64,000 nucleotides of DNA from the human T2T-CHM13v2.0 reference genome, Homo sapiens. Position 1 is the first letter of the stretch. Each line of letters begins with the position of its first letter. A program made the position numbers and the translations under genes. Location: NCBI RefSeq assembly GCF_009914755.1, contig NC_060947.1. One strand, 5' to 3'. The notes under the pieces were generated by a model that was not told the DNA's origin, searched no databases, and was given only the letters and a program-made list of their open reading frames with translations. This document shows, piece by piece, positions 1-18,994 of this stretch.

Positions 1-453
1 ACAATAGCAAACACTTGGAACCAACCCATATGTCCAACAATGATAGTGTGGATTAAGAAAATGTGGCCATATACACCATGGAACACTATGCAACCATAAA
101 AATTGATGAGTTCATGTCCTTTGTAGGGACATGGATGAAGCTGGAAACCATCATTCTCAGCAAATTATCGCAAGGACAAAAAACCAAACACCGCATGTTC
201 TCACTCATAGGTTGGAATTGAACAATGAGAACACATGGACACAGGAAGGGGAACATCACACACCAGGGCCTGTTCTGGGTTTGGGGGAGGGGGGAGGGAT
301 AGCATTAGGAGATATACCTAATATTAAATGACGATTTAATGGGTGTAGCACACCAACATGGCACATGTAAATATATGTAACAAACCTGCACGTTGTGCAC
401 ATGTACCCTAAACCTTAAAGTATAACAAAAAGAACTCCAGTAAGAAAAAAAAA
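1..453 (+). mobile_element. L1PA (about L1PA4/5) 3' end: ORF2 C-terminus, 3'UTR, poly(A)
   Basis: Canonical L1 3'UTR with G-rich tract ~283-298, 'gtgcacatgtaccctaaa..ttaaagtataa' and A-tail; continues off the window's left edge. Confidence 0.93.
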
Positions 454-1164
454 ACGTTTCATATTTTTAAAATTTACAAAAAATTTTAATGTTAATTGGT
501 AAATATATTTAATCTTTTTAGATTTGAATTTTTGCGGTGGTTAATGAAATTACAACATTTTATTTGCTTATTAGGCAAAATGGTATTCTAACACTTAAAA
601 TACTGAAAACATTTCTGTCATATATATGAAGTAATTTAAACCATAAGATACTCATGTATTTATCTAAAGAGTGAATCTTTATATATAATTATTCTTAAGG
701 CTGTATGTTATTCTGTGTTACTTCCATCTTCTCTCATCTTTTCTTTCTGGGCAGTGATGTAGCATGAAATGTTATTTATTTCTTATATGAAACACTTAAA
801 ATTATTAATAGAAATAGTTTCTTAATTTAAATATATACCCCATAAAGAAACAATACTCTATAGAATTAGCAATTCCCTTTGGAATAAAAAATACAGAATA
901 AAGACTTTTTCTCTCTTCTTACAAAATCTTATACAGTTTCAAATAAAAACAATCAATTCTACATCATTATTTGTATTTTTTATGTAATACCTCTTAAATT
1001 TTGGATGGCCTGTCCTTTACAGAAATAACACAGTGGCATCAAGCGAAATTATTAACTGTAATGGAATATCATCAAATGTCAGGTTTTCTTTTTGCTCTTA
1101 TTTTAGGGGCATTTTACATCTTCTGAGGAGTTGTTTACAGCTTAGAGGAATAAACACTAAATTC

Positions 1165-1500
1165 TGCAGTATCAAAGACGATGGATGAACTTTGAAATAA
1201 TTATGTTAATAGAATTAAGCCAGTCATGGAAAGAAAAACACAGTATGGTTCAACTTCATATGATGTATCTGAAATTTTGAAAGTTATAGAATCTGAGAGT
1301 AAAATGGTGGTTGTCAGTGGGGGGTTAGGAGAAAATAGGGAGTTATTACTCACAGTGGGTACAAGTTTCAGTTAAACAAGATGAATCAACTCTAGCCATC
1401 TGCTATACAACATTGTACTTTTAGTCATCAGTAATTTATCCTGCACTTAAAAATCTGTTAACAGTAGATTTCATATTAAGTTTTTCTACCACAATAAAAT
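1165..1500 (+). mobile_element. Old L1M (L1MA/MB-type) 3' end fragment
   Basis: 'atggatgaactttgaa..attatgttaa..aagccagtca', 'gagagtaaaatggtggttgtcag', ends 'accacaataaaa'. Confidence 0.75.
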
Positions 1501-1630
1501 ATAAATTTTTCATCCCCAAGAATGTGAGAAAATATTTGCAAATCCCAAATATGATAAGACTCTAGTGTCCAGAATATATAAAGAATTCTTACAAGTAAGC
1601 AACAAAGACAATCATTCTAATTAAAAAATT

Positions 1631-2354
<724 letters not shown>

Positions 2355-2418
2355 CTAATAGCCAATAAATAAAAAAAAAAAAGATGCTCAACATCATTGA
2401 CCTTTAGGACAACATAAA

Positions 2419-2558
2419 TCAGAACCACAATGTGATACCACTTCAAAACTTCTAGGGTGTTTATAATCAAGTAAATGGAAAATAAAGTTCAGTACCACAA
2501 TGTGATACCACTTCAAAACTTCTAGGGTGTTTATAATCAAGTAAATGGAAAATAAAGT
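2419..2558 (+). repeat. 70-bp tandem duplication
   Basis: 2419-2488 and 2489-2558 differ at one base. Confidence 0.95.
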
Positions 2559-3954
2559 GCTGTGTATGTGAATAAATTGGAACCATCGTCCCTGTCTTGT
2601 GTGAATGTAACATGGTGCAGCCACTCTGGAAAAGAGTTTGGCAGTACCTCCAAAATGTAAAAATAGAGTTGCCATACAATCTAGAAGTTTCACTCCTAGG
2701 TATAAACTCTGAATTAAAAGCATGTTCACACAGTAACATAACATGTGTATTCACAGCAGCATCATTCATCATAGCCCAAAAGAGGAAAGAAAAGTGTCCA
2801 TCAACTGAGGAATGGATGAACAAATTATGGTATATTCATACAATGAAATATTATTTCACTATGAAAGATAATGTTATATGCTACAATGTGGATCATGCTT
2901 AAGAAACCATGCTAAGTGAAAAGCCAGACACAAAATACTACTTATTGTATAATTCCATTTATATAAAATATGTAGAATAGGCAAATCCCTATAGACAAAA
3001 AGAAGACTGTTTCCCAGGACCTCCAATGCAAGGCATCATGATAGGTTGACATCTAAGGAATTCCAGGTTTCTTTTTGGAATCATGAAAATATTCTAAATT
3101 TGAATGTGATAATGCTTGCACAATGCCATGAACATACTATAACAAATTATGCAGTTCAAATGAGTGAATTCTGTCATATGTTACTTTCCAATAAGGCTGT
3201 TTAAAAAAGAAGGAAACAGTCACAGGTAAAACCATAAAGGAGCTAATAAAAAGTTGTTCATTTTTATATCAACTCATGAAGACCCATGTAGAAATACAGA
3301 AGATAATGTACTGTTAACCTTTATAGTCTGAAATTAATATCATCAATATAAATTGGGAAAGAATAGGTTTCATGTATGACATGGGTAAGTGTATTAATTT
3401 CCTGAGAGTTGAATAAAGATTATCCATATGGAGTGACTAGAATAGACAATTCAAGAAATAATCTTTTAGGAATATTATGTAATGCCAGAAGTGCAATGAT
3501 TTGTAGAGCTACATGTGATGACAAGAGAATGAGAATATGTTGGTAAGAGATAGTGTAAATAAACTAATTTTCTGTACTTTATAGTAGGGACTCATTTATA
3601 TGAATATATCAATAGAAGTGTAAGTATATTATTAGAAATCTTGAGTGTAACCACCAAAAGAACAATTAAAAACAAACAACAGAAATAACAGCAAGAATAA
3701 AACCTCATAATAGGGCTTACCCCTTGAGAGTGTGATTTTGAGCAGAGGATGATAGTTTTATTTTACACTGTATAGCCTCTGATACTATTTGGTATATACT
3801 TTTTGGCCTTCCTGCTTGCCTTCCTTTCTTCCTCCTTTCCTGCGTTTCTTCTTTTTGGCTTGCCTTTCATTGTTGTTTTCTTTTTATTCAATGTTCAGCA
3901 TTATTTCTATAATTAAAACTGATTAATTATAAGTATGTTGACACATATTGCATT

Positions 3955-4080
3955 TACAAGAAATATCCAGTATAAGCAAATGCATAGAGACAGAAAGCAG
4001 ATTAGTGGTTGCCTAGGGCTATGAGTGGACAGGGAATTGGGGGTTGACCACTTACAAGTGTAGGAATTGTTTTGAAAGTA
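3955..4080 (+). mobile_element. Old L1M 3'UTR fragment
   Basis: 'aaatatccagtataagcaaatgcatagagacagaaagcagattagtggttgcctagggc'. Confidence 0.7.
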
Positions 4081-4202
4081 AGACTGAACTAACCCAAAAA
4101 CAAAACTCAAAAACTTCAAATGTAATTTTCAGTAAAAAAGGAAAGATATAGTAAAACATATTGTCTTCAATCAAATAAACACGTGTAAAAATACTGGAAG
4201 GA

Positions 4203-4499
4203 GGCTGGGTGCAGTGGCTGATGCCTGTAATCCCAACATTTTGGGAGGCTGAAGCAGGAAGATGGCTTGAGGTCAGGGTTTAAGACCAGCTTGGTCAACA
4301 TATATAGAGTCTCTCTCTACAAAAAATACAAAAATTAGCTAAGTGTGGTGGTGTGTTCTTGTAGTCCTAGATACTCAGAAGGTTGAGGTGGAAGGATGGC
4401 TTGAGCCCAGGAAGTTGAGGCTGCAGTACGTGAGCCATGATCATGCCCTTATTCCAGCCTAGGTGATGGGGTAAGGTCCCATCTTAAAAAAAAAAAAAA
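4203..4499 (+). mobile_element. AluJ
   Basis: Diverged dimer with 'gcttgagcccagg..gttgaggctgcagt' J-type right arm and A-tail. Confidence 0.9.
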
Positions 4500-5663
4500 G
4501 CTCTGAAATGTATCCCTTATTATTTGTTTCCAATTTTTCTTTGATATCAGGATATTTTCCAAACATTCTACAATTACTTTTTGTCATATTTCTATATTTT
4601 TCAAACTACAATGCTTATTTTATGACTAGGCAAATTACTGTCTATGCATCATTGATTAATGCTACTTTACCATAGCTTTGGGATTAGGAAAGTATGAAAT
4701 AACATTCCAAGCAAATAGAGCTAAAAAATGGTTGACTTTACTAATCTCCACAGTCTCTTTACAACATTTTTGAATAATTAGGTATAAAAGAGAAAACTGA
4801 CTTCTTGAAGAGGATGGTATCAATCAAAGCCACACAACTTCTCATCCTCCCTGAAAAGCAAATGTATTGCAAAAGAGAATACTTTTAAGGATTTAGAAAG
4901 ACAAATGATTATTTTTAATCTAGTTTGTATGCCAAATTATAGCCAGTTTTTCTCAGTTTCATGATCCCAAAAGTATACCCTCCATGAATATGTAGTCTTA
5001 CAATAAATTAAAAGTTATAAAATTATAGTTTATTTCTTATTTATTACTTATTATAATGTCTCCATAAGGATTTTATTCTGTTTACAGTAAAATATATTTC
5101 TCACTGACTTGAGTTCTGAAATGCAAGCTGGTTTTTGGGTTAATTTTGTAAAAGTGTATCTGGACACATGGGTACCTGTGTCACAATCAGAGACTGTCAT
5201 ATAGAGACAGAAAGGGGCTTTATTTGTTTGGTTGCTTGCTTGTTTTGCCATAAACGTGAAAATGAATGAGAAAAATTACAGTGAGTTTAGAAATGAATAT
5301 TTGTCAGAATTTTAACAGCTATTTTTTCTAGTATTGAAGAATTAATTTTCCTTTATGCCTTTGTATTTTTCAAAAATATCATGTAGCTACATTGAGCATA
5401 TTTTACTTTGGCATTAAAAATACAAACTAGAATAATAATTTAGTGCAATAATTTATTGGTCACTGTAGAAATTTATAAAACATATAGCATATTTACAAAT
5501 CACCAGTGATCAGTTGGAAAATAATGGGAGGAGGTATCATTCCCAATAGTAACTGAATTTTTTTTAAATACTGTAAAAATACAAAAGAATCAGCTTAATA
5601 ATAAATATACTGGACACATTCAAAGAAAACCACACAACTTTACTTAGGGATTCAAAAGGAGTT

Positions 5664-9383
<3,720 letters not shown>

Positions 9384-9743
9384 GGAGTTATTGATAAATT
9401 CAGACATGAACCAAGCCACTGAAGTTAACGCCTTTATAGCTATAAGTAACTCGTATTTATTTAAGTCTAATCATCTTCCAGAAACTGTGACAAATTTTTA
9501 TATGTGTTAATTTAACTTTATATAGATAACAAACTTAACTGAATTTATTTGTACGTCTAATTCAATACCATGAAAAAAATTAAGAAATTAACTAATAATA
9601 TAACGGATTTGTTCCTAAGCTTAACTAGATTAAATGAACATAGATTTATAATGCTATTGAAAACATAAAAAAATTATAGGGACTTTTCTTGTTATTCATT
9701 TGAGCCTATCAAAACTTTATAGTAGTACAATTTTACATAAGAC

Positions 9744-9966
9744 CAGGAGTTGGCAAACGTTTCCCATAAAGGAATCACAAAGTAAATATTTTTGGCTCTT
9801 CTAGCCATATATGGTCAATCATTGGTACAACAACTCAACTCTGCTGTTGTATTGTAAAAGCAGCACAGAAAAAGACATAAACAAATGGGCATGGGGCTAT
9901 ATTTCAATAAAACTTTATAAGAAAGGTTGTAGGCTGATGTTCACAAGCACAGTATATTGACCTAGG
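9744..9966 (+). mobile_element. MER58A-like hAT-Charlie DNA transposon relic
   Basis: Starts 'caggagttggcaaac'; contains 'caactcaactctgc..tgt..aaagcagc', 'aaatgggcatgg..caataaaactttat'. Confidence 0.8.
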
Positions 9967-10169
9967 TATGAGAGCATAATATGTCATAAAAGTGGCATTT
10001 TAATTCTGTTTTTGAAACAATAGGTTCTTCTACCATTGATATTGATATAAATTAATGACTGTCAAAAAATTGAAGAGAAATTAGGTAGATAGTTCCTATA
10101 TATTATTTAACAAACACATTCCAGATAGAGCATATATTTAAGTGCATTATTTATAAAAAGCACTGGAAG

Positions 10170-10470
10170 AATATATAGGAATATATATATATACACATGC
10201 ATACACACGCACACATATACACATACTTGGATTTTATATACGTTGGCTTATATAGATATATATGAGCCACATATATCCATATATATGCATATATATGGGC
10301 CATATATGTGTGTGTGTAATCTATATATGAATGGACCATTTATATGAATATATGAATATATATGACCTATATACATATATAGGCTCATATTTTTTTCATA
10401 TATAATATATATATCTGTATTTATATAGAAAATATAGAGAGAATATATGTATATATGAGTCAACATATGT
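10170..10470. repeat. (TA)-rich low-complexity / degenerate microsatellite
   Basis: About 300 bp of TA/CATA/TATG units. Confidence 0.9.
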
Positions 10471-13400
10471 AAAATGCAAGTTTGAGAAAGGAGTTCAAAA
10501 GCATGAGAAATGGCAGAAATTATTATTAAAATATTTATTCACTTTTACATAAAAGGTAAATGCACTTAAAAGAACACTCTGAAGAAATGCTTTGCCACAT
10601 GAGAGAAAAAAGTTATATAAACAGAAAAAAATACATAAGCACATTACTGTAAATACAAAAAAAGCATATGAGGAGACAATTAAAATATAGTGAGCTAATC
10701 AATATTTGAAAAAAAATTGCCTTAATGCTGAAGAAATGCAAATTAAATCAACAGAATCCCATTTTCACTTATCAGATTGACAAAAATTTTTAAATGATAA
10801 TACTCATGTTAAAATATTAGTAACAGTTACTTTCTTACATAACTTGGAGGCTTGTAAATTGGTAGAGTTATATTGAGGGTATTTTGTCAATGCATATATT
10901 TAAAAATTAATATCTGCATAAATTTTACCTTGTAATTCTCCTTATAGGAATATATGCCAATAATCTTAGAAACCTGTGAAAAGTTCACTCCAACATGTTT
11001 ATCACAGAGTTGTTTATGAGCATGAGAAACTCGAGTCAATATAAATGTCAAGCGGTAGTCAATTAAATAACATGTGAAGCATTTATACAATGTTAGATCA
11101 CGTAGTCTTTAAAAATGCCATTTTTTCAAGAGCAATGATTATGATATGGTAAGTGGAGAAAGCAAGATTCAAACTAGCATACAAATATAATCTGAAAAAT
11201 AAAATAATAATGTAAATACATATGCTGAAAATATTAACAGCCCTTGTGTTTATGTACTATAAACATGGGCAATGTTAATTTTCTTTATACTTTCTGGCAT
11301 TTTTCTAAATGTTTCCTAATAAGCACACATTACTTAACCAGAAAAAAAACAGTAAGTAATTTTTTTTATGGAAACAGATGTTTGAATTAAAAAAAAATTT
11401 AAGCCATTAAAATTACAGAGGAATGTCTAGTAAGATTTAAATGTCTTCCATATAATCACTAATAAAATAAGATGTCAAACAGATACATGGTATCTTATTG
11501 TAAAAATAATACATATAGAAAAAGATTTTATATAAAAACAAAGCATTGTAAGAAATTATTTCTAAGTGAGGAGATGAAGCATGAAGTTTCTTGTGTTTTG
11601 TGTTGTGTTTTCTCTAAATTTGTTGCAATTCATTGATATTTTATAGGAAAAAAGTTTATAATAAATATGATAATGCATTATTTTATTAGTTTTAATAAAA
11701 TTAAAAATGATGACACACTGGATTAACACAGTGCATTTTAACACAGAAAAAAATTTAAAAGATTCATTGATACCTACCTCATTATTCTGCCTAACTATTC
11801 CCTCCAACTTAATCCAATTCAGTCAGTTATTCAAATTGAGATTAGGCATAAGACTAAATAGAGATAACTTTTTGAAAACAAAACTTGGAGTAATCATAGA
11901 AGTTGGTTGTATATATTTCAAAGTGTTTATTTCTGAGATATCATCAGCTGCAGTTAAAGATAGAATCATCAAAGGTAATTAGTGTTAGAGGAAGAAAGAA
12001 ACAAAAATAAGAAAATCAGACAAACAAGAAACATGTGGCCAAGCAAAACAGATGTTAAGTACCTTTTCATGGATATGGCAATAAAACCATAGTCTGGAAC
12101 AAAATATTTTATTACAGACATGTTCATGCTGTACTCTACAAAGAGGAGACAGTGAAAATCTAACAGTGTTATAAACAAAGATATCTTAATAGTCATGTAG
12201 AGAAGTGGAAATACATTTTAAAAAGCACTATTTTTTCAATCTAAATATTAGTTTTAGATCCTTCAAATAAACTAAATCATATCTAAATAATAGAGATTCT
12301 ATATTGCATTTATAAAAGCCTAAAGCATTTTTTTGAAGTTTTTTAATAACCTTATGTAATATTCAATGAATACTAAACTGAAAATATCATGTTGACTGTT
12401 ATTAATTAAAATAAATTTTATACAGAGGCACTCCTATATGTTCAAATCTCATTCAAACTTACCAATCATTTTCTTTTCATATGTGAAATAGGTACTGCCG
12501 ATGATTATTAATGTGGTTATTTTAATGAAATTAAACAATCCCTTTTTTTCTCTTAGCTTGTTTCTTCTCTAACTGAGTCAGCTCAGGAAAATGTGTTTCT
12601 CATGTAAAATATTTCACAGTCAATAAACACTTATAAAATTTAAGATCATGGATATAAGTATTATTTTATGAAGAGTCTTCTTCATCTAAAAACTGTGATT
12701 AAGATTTCAGACAATTTTTTAATTAATAATCACTACACATATTTTGTCATTGTTGGCTTTATTTCAAGGTGCTTTTTTTTTCTTATATACTTAGTTATGG
12801 TTGTGTGAAGCACACTGCCAATGAGCAATTATTTGTGGCATTTTCCTAAGTACTAAGATGATGGTTCCTTGTTTGGAATGAGTTGGTTGAAAAATAATTT
12901 AAAAATAAAATGAAAAGTAATATGAACGGTACGAAGAGCAATATGATAGAATAGAAGACTCTACCATTTATTTCCCTCTGCAAGGAAACCAATTTAATGA
13001 CTATCTACAAAAATAAAAATAAATAAATAAATAAATAAATAAAGGACCTTCATAAGGACCAAAAATCAGGTGAGTGCTCACAGTACCTGGCTTTAACATT
13101 ATATTGCTGAAAGAGGCACTTAAGAGGTAGGAAAAACAGTCTTGAATCCACAACTTTATCCCTTCCCTATCCTGTGGTAGCAGCAACTTGGTGCAGAGAG
13201 GCTTTCTGTGTACAGAGGAGAGGAAGAGACCAGCAATTGTGAGGCATTGAACTAAGTGCTACCCTATCATACCAGAAAGAAAAACTGGAACAAACTCATC
13301 TGAGACTCATGCAGAGAGGAAGCATTTAAATCAGCCTTAGCCATTGAGGAAGCAGCATTTCCAAAAGTCTGAACTTGAGTTCACACAAGCATGGCCACTG

Positions 13401-15348
13401 TGGGCTAAAGTGATCTGGGGCCTAAAATAAACTTGAAAGGCAGTCTAGGTCACAAGGACTGCATCTTCTCGGCTAGCCGTAGTGCTGAACTGGACACAGC
13501 ACCAGCAGACAAGGGGCACATGACCTACCTGAGACACCAGACCAGATAGCTAAGTGGGTGCAGTTATCACCCTTCCCCATACATTAGGCAGCACAGCTCA
13601 CAGCTATAAAATAGACCCCTTCTTTCCACTTGAGGAAAGGAGAGAAAAGAATGGGGAAGAGTCTGTCTTACATCTTGGATCCCAGCTCAGCCACAGCAGG
13701 AATAAGGCTGAACAGAGTTGTGAGACCATGGTTCCAGGCCCTAGCTCAAGGATTACATTTCTAGACACACATAGGGAGCAAAAGGAAGCCATTGCCTTGA
13801 AGGTAAATAACCAAACCCAGTAGACTTCAACACCTGGTAATAAAGAGCCCTTGGGCTCTGAAAGTGGATGGAATAGTAAAGGGGACTTAATTTTGCACCT
13901 TAGGTACCAGCTTGATCAAAGGGGTAAAGCACCAAGTGGACTCTTGGGGTCACTGATTTCAGGTGTTGGCTCTTGGATGGCATTCCTGGACCTGCCCATA
14001 GCCAGAGGGAAGCCCACCGCTTTGAAGGGTGAGTCCCAAGCTAGGCAATATTAACCATGAGCTGAATGAAGAGCCCTAGGATCTTAAGGGAACATTGGTG
14101 GTTTTCTGGCAGTACTCCCTGTGTGCCTGTGGTGACGGTAACAACAAAGTGAGCCTCGTCTGCCTTTGGAAAGGGTAGGGGAGAGTGGGAAGGATTTTGA
14201 CTTGTGATTTCAGTGCCAGATCAGCCACAGTACAGTACAACAGATAGAAATCGAAGGTTTTGGACTCTAATCCCTGGATCCTGGATGGCACCTTTGGAAA
14301 CACCTGGGGCCTGGTGTGGCTGGACACAGGTCTGGCTGGCTTTGACACCTGCTGATTATAGAGCCCCAGGTCTTTGAGAGGACATAAGTGGTGACCAGTG
14401 TGTGACTACAAGAGGACTTGTGTGAGACACAGTGCTGTGGTGGAATCAGGACTCACCAAGCATGGTCCTAGTGGTTGTAGTCACAAGGGTGCTTGTATGG
14501 CTTGACTGTCAGATTTAGGAGGTACAGAACAGACAGAAAGAGACTCTGGATGTTTGTGAGAAAGTAACGGAAAATAATGAGTCTCTGCCTGGGTAATCCA
14601 AAGAATTCTTCTGGACCTTGTCCAAGACCATCAATGTGGAACCTCTACAAGTCTGCAAGAACAAAAGTGTTACTGGACTTGGGGTGCCCTCTAAAGAAGA
14701 TACAGCTTCGATTACAAGACCAAAATGTTTTCAAATATCTGGAAAGTCTTCCCAAGATGGAACAGTACAAACCAGTCCAGAATGTGAAGACTACAATCAA
14801 CACCTAACTTTTCTATGCCCAGACACAAATAAACATCAACAAGTACCAAAGCAATCCAGGAAAGCATTACCTCATTAAAAGATCTAAATAAGGCATCAGG
14901 GACTAATCCTGGAGAAACAGAGATATGAGATCTTTCAAACAGAAAATTTCAAATAGCTGTTTGATGAAACTCAAAGAAACTCAAAATAACACAGAGAAAG
15001 AATTCAAAATTTCATCAGATAAATTTAACAAAGATAATAAAATAATTAAAAATAATTTAGCAAAAAATGCTGGAGTGGAAAAATGCAAGTGGCATACTGA
15101 AAGATGCATCAGAGTCCTTTAAAAGCAGAATTGATCAAGCAGAAGAATGAATTAGTAAGTTTGAAGACAGGCTATTTGAAAACAAACAGTCAGAGGAAAC
15201 GAAGGAAAAAAGAATAAATAAAATAAAGAATGCTCACGGAAAACTAGAAATAGCCTCAAAAGAACAAGTCTAACAGTTAATAACCTCAAAGTGTAGGTAG
15301 AGAAAGACATAAGGGTAATAAGTTTATTCAAAGGGATAACAGCGGAGA

Positions 15349-15488
15349 ACTTTCCAAACATAGATAAATATGTTAAAATCCAAGTAAAAGAAGGCTATAG
15401 AACACCAAGCAAATTTAAACTTCCCAAATGTGGAAAATATGTTAAAATCCAAGTAAAATAAGGCTATAGAATACCAAGCAAATTTAAT
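15349..15488 (+). repeat. About 69-bp tandem duplication in L1 ORF1
   Basis: 'aaatatgttaaaatccaagtaaaa.aaggctatagaa.accaagcaaatttaa' at 15366 and 15435. Confidence 0.85.
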
Positions 15489-16002
15489 TCAAAGAAAACT
15501 ACCTCAAGGCATTTAACAATCAAACTCCCAAAAGTCAAGAATAAAGAAAGGATCCTAAAAGCAGCAACAGAAAAGAAACAAATAGCATACAATGGAGTAC
15601 CAAAACTTCTGGCAGCAGATGTTTCAATGGAAGCCTTACAGGACAGGAGAGAGTAGCATGACATATTTAAAGTGCTTGAGCAAAAGAGCAAAAAGTAAGC
15701 CTTTTACCCTAGAATCATATATCCAGAGAATTAATCTTTCAAACATGAAGGTGAAATAAAGACTTTCCCAAGCAAACAAAAGAAATTTCATCAACACCAG
15801 ACCCGTCCTACAATAAGCACTAAAAAGATTACTTTCATCAGAAAAAAAATGAATTGTAATGAACAAAAAGAAAACATCTGAAGGTTAAAAAAAAAGTCCC
15901 TGGTAATAGTAACCACAAAGTAAGAAACAGAATATTATAACACTGTAATTCTCGTAAGTAAAATACTCTTATGCAAAAAGACTAAATGATGAACCAATCA
16001 AA

Positions 16003-16282
<280 letters not shown>

Positions 16283-16685
16283 TTAATAATAATAACTATA
16301 ACAATTTTTCAGGACATAGGCAATGAAATAAGGTATAAATAGTAACAACAAAAAGTGAAAAAGTGGCAGGATACAATTAAGGCATAGGGTTTTTACTAGT
16401 TTTATTTTTGCTGTTTGTTGCTTGTTTATGAAAACAGTGTTAAGTCATTATCAGCTTAAAATAATGGGTTATAAGATAGTGTTTCCAAGACTCATAATAA
16501 TGTCACATCAAAACACAAACGAATACACAGAAAATAGAAAGCAATAAGTTAAGTCACACCACCAAATAAAATCAAATTCATTAAAAGGAGGACAAGAAGG
16601 AAAGAAACAAGAAAGAGAACACCACAAAAGAGGAAGACAAATCAGAAAATGGGAAGAGTAAGTCCTTATTAATCAACAATAACAT

Positions 16686-18994
16686 TGATATGGTTTGGCT
16701 GTGTCCCCACCCAAATCTCACCTTGATTTGTAGCTCCCATAATTCCCATGTGTTGCAGGAGGGACCCGATGGGAGATAATTGAATCATAAGGGTGGTTTT
16801 CCCAATACTGTTCTCATGGCAGTGAATAAGTTGTACAAGGTCTAATGGTTTTATAAGAGGTTTCCCCTTTCACTTGACTCTCATTCTCTCTCACCTGCTG
16901 CCATGTAAAATGTCCCTTGGCTATTCTTTCATCTGCCACCATGATTGTGAGGCCTCCCCAGCCACGTGGAACTGTGAATCTATTAAACCTCTTTCCTTTA
17001 TACATTACCCAGTCTCAAATGTCTTTATTAGCAGTGTAATAACTGACTAATACAGTAAATTGGTACTGGTAGAGTTGGGTGCTGCTGTAAAGATACCTGA
17101 AAATGTCAAAGCAACTTTGGAACTGGGTAACAGGCAGAGGTTGGAACAGTTAGGAGGACTCAGAAAGAGACAAGAAGGTGTGGGAAAGTTTAGAACTTTC
17201 TAGAGACTGTTCAGTGGCTTTGACCAAAATGCTGATAGTGATATGGACAATGAAGTCGAGGCTGAGGTGGTCTCAGATGGGTATGAGGAACTTGTTGGGA
17301 AATGGAGCAAAAGTCGCTTTTGCTATGCTTTAGCAAAGAGACTGGCAGCATTTTGCTTCTGCCCCAAAGATCTATGGAACTTTGAACTTGAAGGAGATGA
17401 TTTAGGGCATCTGGCAAAAGAAATTTCTAAGTTGCAAAGCATTCAAGATGTGACTTGGATACTGTTAAAAGCATTTAGTTTTATACATTGACAAAGATAT
17501 GGCTTGGAATTGGAACTTATGTTTAAAAGGGAAGCAGAGCATAAAAGTTTGGAAAATTTGCAGCCTGATGATGGATTAGAAAAGAAAAACCCATTTTCTG
17601 AGGAAAAATTCAAATCAGCTGCATAAATTTGCATAAATAATGAGGAGCCAAATGTTTATCACTAAGACAATGGGGAAAATGTCTCCAGGGCATTTCAGAG
17701 GTCTTTCAGCAGCCCCTCCCATCACAAGCCTGGAGGCATAAGAGGGAAAAATGGCTTCCAAGGCCAGGCTAGGGCCTTGCTGCATTCTGGAGTCTCAGGA
17801 TTTGGTGCCCTGTGTCCCACCTATGGATAAAAAGGGGCCAACATAGAGCTCAGGCTGTTGCTTCAGAGAATGCAGACCCAAAGCCTTAGTGGCTTACACA
17901 TGGTGTTGGGCCTGGAGGTAGACAGAAGTCAAAAACTGAGGTTTGAGAACCTCCATCTAGATTTCAGAAAATGTATGAACATGGCTAAATGTCCAGGCAG
18001 AAGTTTGCTGCAGAGGTGGGGCCCTCATGAAGAACCTTTGCTAGGGCAGTGCAAAAGGGAAATGTGGGGTTTAAGTCCCCACACAGAGTCCCCACTGGGG
18101 CACTGCATAGTTGAGCTGTGAGAAGAGGGCCACCGTCCTCCAGGCCCCAGAATGATAGATCCATCAACAGCTTGCATGCACTGTGTGCCTGGAAAAGCCA
18201 AAGACACTCAACACCAGCCTGGCAGAGTTGCTCAAGACCACGGGAACCCACCTCTTGCATTACTGTGACCTGGGTGAGAGACAGAGTCAAAGGAGATCAT
18301 TTTGGTGCTTTAAAATTTGACTGCCCCACTGGATTTCAGAATTGCATGGGGCCTGTAGCCTCTTCGCCTTGCCAAATTTCTCCCATTTGTAATGAGTGTA
18401 TTTACCCAATGCCTGTACTCCCATTTTATCTAGGAAGTAACTAAATTGCTTTTGATTTTACAGGCTCATAGGTGGAAGGGACTTGCTTCATCTTAGATGA
18501 AACTTTGGACTGTGGACTTTTGGGTTAATGCTGAAATGAATTAAGACTTTGAGGAACTGTTGAAAAGACATGACTGGTTTTGAAATGTGAGGACATGAGA
18601 TGTGGGAGGGGCCAGGGGTGGAATGATACAGTTTGGTTCTGTCCCCACTGAAATCTTATCTTGAATTTTAGCTCCCATAATTCACATGTGTTGTGGGAGG
18701 GAACCAGTGGTAGATAAATGAATCATGGGGTACTTTACCCCATTCTGTTCTTGTGGTAATGAATAAGTCTCACAAGCTCTGATGGTTTTATAAGGGGTTT
18801 CCCCTTTTGGTTGGCTCTCATTCTCTTTTGCCTGCTGCCATGTAAAATGTCCCTTTCCTCTTCCTTTGTCTGCTGCCATGATTGTAAGGCCTCCCCAGCC
18901 ATATGGAACTTTTGAGTCCATTAAACTTCTTTCCTTTGTAAATTACCCAGTCTCTGGTATGTCTTTATTAGCAGCATGAGAACAGACTAATAAA
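16686..18994 (+). mobile_element. Complete THE1 (ERVL-MaLR) element: LTR 16686-17054, internal, LTR 18624-18994
   Basis: 'tgatatggtttggctgtgtccccaccc'..'gactaataca'; polypurine tract before the 3' LTR; 5-bp TSD aacat (16681-16685 / 18995-18999). Confidence 0.93.

Noticed and set aside
10151-10466. Tyr/Ile/His-rich ORFs
   Set aside because: Products of TA-rich low-complexity sequence
12574-12582. AP-1-like TGAGTCAGC motif
   Set aside because: A single short motif is expected by chance in 64 kb
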